Under the pieces are notes generated by a model. The model saw only the letters and a list, made by a program, of their open reading frames with translations, ran no database searches and was not told the origin of the DNA. Below are positions 36,801 through 49,552 of a stretch of 64,000 nucleotides of DNA, in pieces. The stretch is from Antedon mediterranea. Lineage: Eukaryota; Animalia; Echinodermata. The translations under genes and the position numbers were made by a program. Where the stretch lies: positions 28,383,175 through 28,447,174 of the forward strand of contig NC_092677.1 of assembly GCF_964355755.1 (NCBI RefSeq), read 5' to 3'. Each line of letters begins with the position of its first letter. Within the stretch, counting starts at the first letter, position 1.

Positions 36801-39800
36801 AGAGTACAATTAACATCTAATCATAACATAAACACTTTTAATGTACTAACACCCTGTCTCAAGGGAAAAGGAGATTTTTAAGATGTTTGCTTCCTTACAT
36901 TAAGTACATTTTAAAGCATTTTGACTTGAGGAAGACACCGTCCCTTGAATTGGGTATGCTTTTGATTTTTTCTTATTTACCGTATGGATTTGCAGAAGGA
37001 GTCAAATTATCTGGTAAGTATACTTATATTACATAGTCTATATAAATACGCGAACGTGATTGGTTGAAACTGCATCACATGACTACCGCTGCGAGGATCG
37101 TAAATCATATCCTCGAGAACGATGATATTGACTGAGTAATTTTCGCGTAATTATCGTGTCCCTGTCATTAACCATTTCAATTCTTGAGTACGATGATATG
37201 GACTGTGTAATGTTCGTGTGGCAACACTCGCGTTTGCCGATAAAATAAACAAAAGTCATCTACTGGGTCTTGAACTTGCGATGAAATTGTCACTACATCA
37301 CAAGACAACGCTTCATGCGCTGCGCCACGGAACTTGCTTGAAGAAAGTAATCATCTAAACTATTTAAACTATGCATACATAGCGCCCTCATTTATTTTTA
37401 GTCCTCCCTAGATAGGATGAAAGACCGTTTGTGATTGGTTAATACTCACAGTAGTAACCGGTACGCGCGCGACGCACTGAACATCCGGTGATTCGGCTCG
37501 AAGAAGACGAATTATTATTTATTCGGCCTAGGCCTACCTGATAATATTATTATTATTAATGTAGGCTTATTGATGGAAATTCTTCTGTTATTATTTAAAC
37601 GACCTAGGCTAGTGAATATTTTATTGTCAAGGAATCATTAATTAGTAATTATCTGTATATTATTCTTCGCAAGGTACGGTGTCTAGACAGCTTGTTTACA
37701 TACACTACAAAAAGGAGGCCTAGCCTAGCTACCCGACCCAGCAGATATTCTACTTAGCCTAGTACTTGTTGTTGGCTATGTAATATAACAGATATCGCCT
37801 TTTATATCGGTAAAATATAAGATTTAACAACCCCTCAGGATAATATTATGTTCTCGGGGAATTATATATTTACCTCAGCTGCTCTTCGGTAAATATATAT
37901 TCCCTCGAACATAATATCATTCCTTTGGGGATGTCAAATCTTATATTTAACCTCTAAGCAGGCAATATCTGTATAATATACTACCTGCACTGTATAGAAG
38001 GTACTAAATAAGCACACCAACTATAAACTTCAGGTCTCTTTATGTGAATGGAAATCACAGCAATCACTATAACTTATATCAGTAAGTTTTCAGCTGATTG
38101 AGTTGGGAGGGTTGTCCAATCCTAACTATGTATGTAGACTCTGGCGTTGTCACTAACAGTGTGGTGTAGTAACTTGAGCTGACAGGCTTTGTTGAAGATT
38201 GATGATTTCTTTATATTTGTAGGAATAATGTCAATTTTATTTGCTGGTATTACCATGTCCCATTACACCCACTACAATCTGTCTCCTATCACCCAAATAA
38301 CGGTGCAGCATACATTCAGAACCATGGCATTTATTGGTGGTAAGTTTAACACTGTTATATTTGTGTAATCAAACAATCTAAGCATCATCAATTGTTATAA
38401 TATGTGTCACTTATCTTATTACTGTAGAAACTTGCGTATTTGCATACCTTGGCCTTGCAATATTCAGTTTCAACCACCGGTTTGAAGCGGCACTTGTTAT
38501 TTGGAGTATAGTAAGTTTATTATTCATTTATGAAGTAATGCCGGTATCAAATAAAATATATATAAACAAATTACTAACAAATTGCTTTTACTTTTGTTTT
38601 TAGTTTTTGTGTTTGATTGCTAGAGCGTTGAACATTTTTCCTTTGTCGTTTCTTGTCAATTTCTTCAGAGAACATAAAATTAATCACAAAATGCAGTTTA
38701 TAATGTGGTTTAGTGGTAAGGCATCTTTTGATATAATTCATAATATTCATAATATTCATAATATTCATTTTCATTTGCTCCTTCCCTTGCAACTATATGC
38801 ATATTACTATCTCAGGTGGCTTATTATAATATTTATATAGTTTTACTATTTAGTTATCCGCAACGAAGTTGCAGGATAACTCCTTGTAATTGTACGAAAT
38901 CATCATCATCATCTTTTTTTTCTTTTTCTTCTTTCTTTCTGTAATTTTGTGTCACGTGTATCTATAAAACTTGCAAACATAAAATTTTGTAACTTTCTCA
39001 ACATATCGTTATTTTGAGCATGTCAAAAATTCCCATGTGGGCGCACATTTTTACGAGTGCGGTGCGCAGGTAGCGTTAAAAACATCATTTTTCCGAGTGA
39101 TTTCTGTTTTTCCAGCCCTTTCCAGTAATTTTACCAACTTTTAAACAATTTTCGACTTAAAATGATGTCATACAAGCACATAGAATTGGACAATTTGAGT
39201 GCGTTTTTGATGAAAAATTTGTCAAAATTATGCCTTTTTTTAAACAGTCATAGTTTCTAAACTAAACGGTGAAAGTTATTTTTATTTCATATTCTGGAAG
39301 TTGATGAGTTGTAGATATCCGATCATGCATTAATATGGCTAACTGTACATTGTGACGTCATCGTATGGCCACGCGAATATAAAATGTAGAGTGCATCTCC
39401 ACTTATCCTTTTTCCATTTTCACCCCGATTTTGATATTGTCTAGGTCAATCAACTGTCTTTCGCATGAGTTAAAAATATTTTAATTTTTATGACGTCATC
39501 ATCTCTAAAAATGTAAATAACGTGGGTCACTTATTTTCATCTTTACAGTAAATTTCAATCTGTTATAGCTCATCAGAATAAAAAGTGATAATCATGATTA
39601 AAACGTTTTCTGGAAGCTATTGGATTGTAGATACGAATTCATGTGAACATTTTGCCAATCCGATGTTTTGGCCTCATCATATGGCCAGTTGAATAAAAAA
39701 CGTATTTTCACCTTTTGCGTCATAGTTCATCACATTTAAACGAGCACGCATCTATATTTTAAGTATTAAAATTTCTTCTACACGTTGTTTGTTGTTCCTG

Positions 39801-41317
39801 AAATAATTTCCATCCGAAATTGCTATCTTAGTGTTTCATTTTGATACCGTCGTCGTGAATAAACGGCGTGTCCCGTAATTTCACCTATTCTACACTGTAT
39901 GTAATATGTATACAGATTATACTGTTTATACTGTATATACTATATGACACAAAATTGACAGAATTCAGCAATAACAACATATCATATTCTTCAGTTCAGG
40001 TCATAATGCCATAATCTTTTTCTGTGTGCAAAATTCCAACGTATGACGTGCACGCGGCGTTTGTTTTGCAGATAACTAACTCGTCAAAGTGACGAGTTTA
40101 AATCTAGTGTATTAAGAAGTGTACTCTTACATTGATATGAAAGCCAGAAGAAAATGTTTTCACTACTGTTACATTATTGACCTATCTGTTTGTGTTTGGT
40201 AGGTTTGAGAGGTGCTATTGCTTATGCTTTAAGTCTTCACTTGGAGTTTGCTGATGATACCCACCATGTTATTGTCACTACAACACTGGTTATTGTATTG
40301 TTTACTGTTGTAATCTTAGGAGGTTCCACTATGCCATTACTAAAGGTAAGAGTATAGAAAAATATTACTGCATAAGCTGCTGCTTTGTAACCATTACTTA
40401 AGGTAAGAGTATAGACATATATTACTGCATAAGCTGCTGCTTTGTAACCAATCAAATACTTCATCATGGTGACATAGTTTAAATGTGAATTAGTAGAACC
40501 TAACCCAATACATTTTTTCTACAGTTGTTAGAATCAAACGAAAGTAAAAAACACAAGAAACATGTCAAGTTCAGCAAAACTGAAGAAATGGTGATGATTT
40601 CTCTTTTTTTTAAATATAAATAGTTTATGCTTTAAATATCTATCTATGTTGATATATGTGGAGCATTGACTATCCAAAGCAAGTAAATTCCTAGTTTTTA
40701 TATTAATCTGTTATTCTATCAGGGCAGTGCTGTAGATGCTGATCATCTGTCAGAGTTAACAGAAGAAGAGTATGAAGTGAACTATGTGAAACCAAACCAA
40801 CAAGGATTTGTAAGATGGGACACAAAATATTTCATCCCATTTTTTACAAGGAGATTTACACATGAGGTACTTGATATTGTTGTTTTACAACCACACAATC
40901 CAGTCTAGTCTAAGGGCCAGGCTTCAATTTTTATCAAAATAATAGGAAAAGTTTCAGTTTCAGTTTATTTTCCATTTCAATTTATGAACATAAGATAAAC
41001 AACTTATAAGTATTCTATGGCTGTACACTGTTCAATTTTGTGGGTATGATGTCCGTAGCCTTGGTCTAATGTGTTGCTGGTGATAAAACCTTTTTGCTTT
41101 AAGTTCCACAACAATTTTACATTTTTAGCTTATAAAAATTGATCAAGTTGAATGTAGTTTGTATAGCCTAAACTAAACTGGAAATTGGAATAAGTTTGTA
41201 ATTATTTTTGATCGCCAGGAACTCCACAATGGTCAAATGGAGATGAAACGACTGACAAACAGATGGTATTCTCAGCTTCAAGGTCGTACATCAGAAACAG
41301 ATGAAGAAGAGTTATAA
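24897..41317 (+). CDS. SLC9A8: Na+/H+ exchanger 8, 15 coding exons
   Basis: Exons 24897-25120, 26310-26458, 26561-26700, 27649-27732, 27993-28094, 29645-29823, 29933-30071, 36908-37013, 38223-38339, 38428-38510, 38604-38715, 40203-40345, 40525-40590, 40723-40866, 41219-41317. Motifs [88 protein letters not shown]. The start codon is the least certain part. Confidence 0.95.
25423..26244. mobile_element. Foldback MULE-like non-autonomous element with 9-bp TSD
   Basis: gtttaacta at 25414-25422 and 26245-26253; ~170-bp TIRs built from gtcaa(c/g)tcggcc subrepeats plus aagtatggaacgcaaaaagtgc / gcactttttgcgttccatactt. Confidence 0.85.
26723..27368. repeat. 41-bp minisatellite, ~16 copies
   Basis: Unit tttcaatgagcatggtaacagcttttac(c/t)actagtggtatc, with internal palindrome taccactagtggta. 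Confidence 0.95.
28441..28701 (+). pseudogene. Two degenerate tandem copies of the 5' part of SLC9A8 exon 6 with their acceptors
   Basis: atatttattatttag|gctggtgttgcatatgaa... at 28456 and 28580. Both carry a +1 T (gctaTcatt); copy 1 also lacks gttaatatcagctgtag. Neither includes the exon's donor. Confidence 0.9.
28702..29626. mobile_element. PIF/Harbinger (Tourist-like) MITE with TTA TSD
   Basis: tta|cgcccgtattcttaaaccggactttagtcgtagttcga ... tcgaactacgactaaagtccggtttaagaatacgggcg|tta, ~38-bp perfect TIR. Confidence 0.9.
30072..36907 (+). other. U12-type AT-AC intron in SLC9A8
   Basis: 5' ATATCCTTT at 30072; branch TTCCTTAC at 36891-36898; terminal AC at 36906-36907; frame joins LLSAL|[14 protein letters not shown]. 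Confidence 0.93.
30144..36536 (+). mobile_element. Four nested/tandem ~1.6-kb Helentron/HINE (DINE-1-like) non-autonomous copies
   Basis: 5' hairpin agttatccgct-N-agcggataact; 3' gcggataact + hairpin ctcgtca-NNN-tgacgag + ctag|t. A = 30144-30216 + 34991-36536; B = 30217-31812; C = 31813-31894 + 33483-34990; D = 31895-33482. Confidence 0.85.
37787..37975. repeat. ~190-bp foldback inverted repeat, probably the end of a ~0.95-kb non-autonomous element (~37025-37980)
   Basis: acagatatcgcc..aatataagattt..cccc..atattatgttc..atatatttacc / ggtaaatatat..gaacataatat..gggg..aaatcttatatt..ggcaatatctgt. Confidence 0.75.
38850..40107 (+). mobile_element. Fifth, older and internally deleted copy of the same Helentron/HINE family
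   Basis: ttagttatccgc...ggataactccttgtaat start, shared body, ...gataactaactcgtcaaagtgacgagtttaaatctag end. Confidence 0.85.
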
Positions 41318-42759
41318 CATCATTGGTTATTTTATGTGATCTGAAGCACATTGGTAGTTGAATAGTGCAGCACTGATATTTGATACAGTAAAAATAATGC
41401 TAGGGTAGTTTTGTTAATGCCCTTTACTATATAACACTCCAGATGTTTCTCTTTCTTGACTCTGACAAGTTTTATATACTGTATTATTCATTTCATATAC
41501 TGTACAACGTATAGTCATCTTGAGGTATGTGGATACTAACATTTATACAATACTATAAAGTATAGTGTGATAACCTTAATATGTATGGACATGAAAGCAT
41601 TCCGTTAGGGTGTTATTGATGCCTTGTAATAGTTTGGTGCTGTATTTGTATGTGAAAGTCGTATAGGTAAAGGGATTATAGTGGAATTATGGTAGATGGT
41701 TATTAAGGGGATTAGTGTAAATTAAGGGATTTTTAGAAACAAATTCTTTGTTTTGATAAGTAGACATAAAGAGGCTAGGCCCGAATTAGTTATTGTGGAC
41801 AGTAATTTATATTATTACTAAAAGGCTAACAAATTATTTATTTTGATACATTTTATTTATACTGGGTGCAATAAATTATTTCACATTCAAAGTACAGTAG
41901 TAGAGTATAGTATTGTTATCTCAAAGTATTTTATCATTACATTGTGTTTGATGCGTTAGTTGCATCCTTTTGACGTGTGAAATACTGTAGTTTCATAAGC
42001 CTATTGAATACTTTCAAAGAATAAAATGGAATAATTCCAAATTCAGGTATACTACTTACTACTTTATTGCCGGTCCACCAGATAGTATACAGTAAGGGTT
42101 AGGGGTTAGGCTAATCCTAACCCTTTATTGCCGGTCCACCAGATAGTATACAGTTGAAAATATACACTACCGTATATCAACATATCTTTAATATATTTTG
42201 AACAGAGTATTAAAATCAAGGAATTTGATTATTTGACTTTTCATCCATACAGTAGTTGACAAAAGGAATTTACTTCTACCAAATATCAAAGTATTCACCC
42301 AGTATTACTTTATTTCTCTTTATTACACTGTTAACATACAAAATGGAAAATACAGATCTGTGAGGATATTACAGTTATCTGATTTGGACACATCCTAAGT
42401 GACGTGTCTAAAATCATTGGTTCAACTGCTGTCAGATATATTTTGCTTCTTGGTTCGAAGTGGAAAATAGTGAGTACTTTTTCTTATTGATCATGCATTT
42501 CATACGTATTATGTGATATCCTTACAAAGAATGTTTCATTTTCTTTGACGGCGACTGCTCTAGCTGATCGCTGCTGTCTTCTATTGTTGATGGATGAGAA
42601 TGTTTCTTAAACACAAATGCACAGTAAAGACTGTGATATCCTTACAAAGAATGTTTCATTTTCTTTGACGGCGACTGCTCTAGCTGATCGCTGCTGTCTT
42701 CTATTGTTGATGGATGAGAATGTTTCTTAAACACAAATGCACAGTAAAGACTGATATCC

Positions 42760-45166
<2,407 letters not shown>

Positions 45167-45431
45167 TGTTGTTATTTTACAAAAGCCAACAGTACAGCCC
45201 AAAAATCGACTTGCTACTGCTATTTTGTTCGAACACCACCAACACTCTTCCACCAACAAAACACAAAACAATGATTTTTGTTGTTGCATGATGCATGCTC
45301 TGCTTCTTTTTTTTTGCGTCTCCCTCTCTCTCTTTTGTTGTACTGAAACGCAATAAGCGTCAAATGGTTTAAATTTGCGTCAAAAAACAAGGATGAACAA
45401 ATTAAGTGTGGAAGCTGGCACGCACTTGGTT

Positions 45432-45667
45432 ATTGTCGTATTCGATTTAGACTTTCACCGTTGAGTACAGTTTTTCCGTTGAGTACTTCTTTAACGGAGT
45501 ATTTTGAGCGTTGAGATTGTTCTTAACGAAAAAGCTTTCGTTGTCAACGTTTTCTATTCGAATGACTTTCTGTTGAGCACAAATTTACAATTCGAATACA
45601 AAAAGTAGGCCTATACTCAACGAATCTTTACGTTGACAACGAAAGTTCCCAATCGAATACGACAATT
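45432..45667. mobile_element. Small MITE-like inverted-repeat element
   Basis: attgtcgtattcgatt ... aatcgaatacgacaat, with internal cgttgagta / tactcaacg subrepeats. Confidence 0.65.
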
Positions 45668-47009
45668 GTTTTATCGAATTTTACTTATTTGCATGCCGCC
45701 AGGTCCAGATCCAGGGGTCATAAAATTGTGGTCTTTCAAAAATAGTTAATATCTTTGGGAGTGGCGCTCCAGGTCGGCGCTCCATGTCGGCGCTCCGGCC
45801 TCTAAAATTCTTCTCAAGCGATTTGATTGAAATCAAGCCATGTACGAATTGTTTTTTTTAATACAGAAAGATATTAAAATCATCAAAGACTGTGTCTGGG
45901 TGTATTAAAAAAAAATATATGGATGGTTGTTTGTTTCTTTAGTACTGTACCTCAACTATCGACGAGCCGATCTTTTTATTATGGTACAGTATTTGGTAAT
46001 ATAAATAATCGGCAGGTTTATTAATCCGTGTTATAAACAAATAAAATGAAAGTTGATACTAAACAAAAAGAAACAGAAGACTAAAACCGGTATATTTGGT
46101 GAGAATTTAAGTGTATGCACGCATATCAATCAACAATTTATTTTCATAGATGTCTATGTTTTTGCGCGCCGCCGCCTTTCGGCAGTTATTCAACAAGAGG
46201 ACGGAAGTTTTGCGCGCCGCGCCTTCATTACGCGGACCAGGCTACGTTAGCGTTACGGTTAGGCAATTTGGTTTTGACAAGCAATTACTGTCAGTGCTTT
46301 GTAAGTTATTGTGATTTTATTGCCCTGGAGTGTCATTTGAGCCACAAGTTCTAACTACAAGTCCTGCCCACTGGAGGTTGGTCTAACCTGAGATGATTCG
46401 CATGGAAGAGCTTGAGTCATCCTCTTAAATTTGGCCTTGATGACCTTTTCGCAGGCTACCTAGAATTCTCAAGGGCCATTAAATATTCAGTTTCAACTTT
46501 TAGATTTTATGTGGTTTGAGACTTTGTTGAGCATTTTTAAAAATGTGTATAGGACTACTACAGTACATAATATTAATATTTAATCAAAGATAATAAAAAT
46601 AATGCAATATACATTGAGATATAAATGATGTAAAATAAACCATAAAGATTAATACAATAAACTACAAATAGCCAATTTTTAAGTTTTAATGGAAAAAAAT
46701 GATTGACAATTATGAATATGAATGAATATGTTATTAATTTAAATAACCAATTTAAATTAATACACATTAAAAAGTGTTATCATCATGTAAATAATTATCT
46801 TAAATTAAAAATGAAAGATATATTTAGGTTAACAAATTGAATATACTGTAATATGTTTCCTTTTTTCTTATTACTCTTGAAAAGTAATGTTATCTGTTAT
46901 CTGCCAGAGTCACATGTTCTGACCCTTTCCTTCATTTGTTTAGCTCTGTTGATGAATACTCCGGACCGATACTTTTTTCGTAAAATGCTACAAATAAGTG
47001 TGTATGTTT

Positions 47010-48830
47010 TTTACCCTGCCACTGTTTTAGTACAACACAATTTTGTGTACTCTGCCACTGTTTTGTATCCCTGCTACCGTTTTTGTATCCCTGCAATCTT
47101 CTTTTTTTTCCAGAAACTTTGTATACAACACAAGTTTTTGTATCCTAGACCACTGCTGGTCGTACCGTCTCTGTTTTTGTACCTGACACTGTTTTGTTCC
47201 CTGCCACTGTTCTTGTACCCTGCCACCGTTTTTGTACCCTGCTACTGTTTTTGTACCATGCCCCAGTTTTTGTACCCTGTCTCTGTTTTTGTACCCTGAC
47301 ACCGTTTTTGTACCCTGACACCGTTTTTGTTCCCTGCGACTGTTTTTGTACCCTGCTACTGTTTTTGTACCCTGCCACTGTTTTGTACCCTGCGACTGTT
47401 TTTATAGCCTGCAACCGTTTTTGTACCCTGCCACCGTTTTTGTTTCCCTGCCACCGTTTTTGTACCACTAGCTGTCATCGTCTTTTTTCCCAGACACTTT
47501 GTATACAACAAAAGTGTTTGTACCCTAGACCACTGCTTGTCATACCCTGTCTCTGTTTTTGTACCCTGCAACTGTTTTTGTACCCAGCTGCCATCGATTT
47601 TGTACCCTGCCACCGTTTTTGTACCCTGCCACTGTTTTTGTACCCTACCACCGTTTTTGTACCCTGCCACTGTTTGTGTACCTTGCCACTGTTTATGTAC
47701 CCTGCGACTGTTTTTGTACCCAGCTGCCATCGTTTTTGTACCCTGCCATCGTTTTTGTATATACCCTGCCACCGTTTTTGTACTCTGCCACTGTTTTTGT
47801 ACCCAGCTGCCATCGTTTTTGTACCCTTCCACCAGGGGCTTCCAGCCTTTAAAACACTGCCTGACATACATACATCATTTTGTGAAAGATATACTTTCCC
47901 ATTAAATTTAATAAATGGAATATCACAACCACTAAGTATTTATTCCTGTATAAGGTCAGCAATCAGATTTCCCGCGAACTATTGTATAAAATCAGTGACA
48001 CTGTTTTTGTACCCTGCTACCGTTTTTGTATCCTGCCACCGTTTTTGTACCCTGCCACTGTTTTTGTACCCAGCTGTCATCGTTTTTGTACCCTGCCACC
48101 GTTTTTGTATCCTGCCACTGTTTTTGTACTCTGCCACTGTTTTTGTATCCTGCCACTGTTTTTGTACCCTGCCACTGTTTTTGTACCCAGCTGCTATCGT
48201 TTTTGTACCCTGCCACCGTTTTTGTACCCTCCACTGTTTTTGTGCCCTGCTCATTTTTTTGTACCCAACTGCCATCGTTTTTGTACCCTGCCACCGTTTT
48301 TGTACCCTGCCACTATTTTTGTACCCTGCCACTGATTTTGTACCCATCTGCCATCGTTTTTGTACCCTGCCACCGTTTTTGTACCCTGCCACCCTTTTTG
48401 TACCTTGCCACTGTTTTTGTACCCATCTGCCATCGTTGTTGTACCCTGCCACCGTTTTTGTACCCTGCCACTGTTTTTGTACCCTTCTACTGTTTTTGTA
48501 CCCAGCTGCCATCTATTTTGTACCCTGTCACCGTTTTTGTACCCTGCCACTGTTTTTGTACCCTGCTACTGTTTTTGTACCCTGCTACTGATTTTGTACC
48601 CAGCTGCCATCGACTTTGTACCCTGCCACCGTGTTTGTACCCTGCCACTGTTTTTGTACCACCCTGCTACCGTTTTTGTACCCTGTCACTGTTTGTGTAC
48701 TCTGCCACTGTTTTTGTACCCTGCCACTGTTTTTATACCCTACCACCGTTTTTGTACCCAGTCAATGTTTTTGTACAAAACAATTTTTTTTACAAATGTT
48801 TTGTACCCAGAAACTGTTTTTGTATCCTGC
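47010..48830. repeat. 19/22-bp minisatellite in two blocks
   Basis: gtaccctgccac(c/t)gttttt and gtacccagctgccatcgttttt units, interrupted at ~47830-48000. Confidence 0.95.
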
Positions 48831-49216
48831 TACTGTTTTTCCTGTCATTGTATGTTGTCATCGTTTTATAACAATTTTATACAATGTAAAATAGAACAAA
48901 ATATGTGATAATTGCAAATAAATATAATTTCAATTTCAATTTTATTTTATTTATTTTATTTCCACAATATAATAACATACATACAGGATAATAAATGCAA
49001 TGAAGTAATCATGTGGGGAGAGAGTCATAATAAGTCAGTCAGTAAGTTTCACCCACCCCGAAATATAACATTAAATACGAATACGAAAAATAAAAAAATA
49101 TGTATACATAAACTAATAATAAATAAAAGAAAACAAAGCTACAATTTATTGCTCCCCTTTTTTAAAAATCCATTCTGAAAAACGTATGACTTTTAATTAT
49201 TCATGATCTAACGTTA

Positions 49217-49552
49217 TTACATAAAAGGTGGTGGCCAAGCTAGCTCTGCAGGTGACGGCCGCCGCATGCAGTTTCCCGTATTCTTATGTTGTTCGTTTTG
49301 GTAAATATGCGGCTGCACATGTATCCAAACGCGTAAATATCGCTGTGCTCTGATGGTGCTTCGACACCAGAAATTGACACCAGAAATTACTTCTGGTGCA
49401 GTCCATGGAAAGCATTTCTTCCACCTAATCTTCTCCTCCGATGACAACTTTAAAGGAGTACTCCATCCGGTCCGAAACGCCTTGCCATACTCTATTGTTA
49501 CAGGTATAAATTAATTTTACCATCAATCATGAAGCACGTACCACGTTATTAC
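49217..49552 (-). pseudogene. Frameshifted protein kinase C-lobe exon
   Basis: After acceptor ttacag| reads xNNVV..IPVTIEYGKA..CFPWTAPEVISGV, then a 13-bp duplication (aatttctggtgtc); removing it gives EAPSEHSDIYAFGY; RRPSPAEL follows in another frame (subdomains VIb, VII, VIII, IX, XI). Confidence 0.78.

Noticed and set aside
46853-48908. Many long overlapping Cys/Phe/Pro-rich ORFs (up to 465 aa) on both strands
   Set aside because: They are translations of a stop-poor 19/22-bp minisatellite, open in all frames
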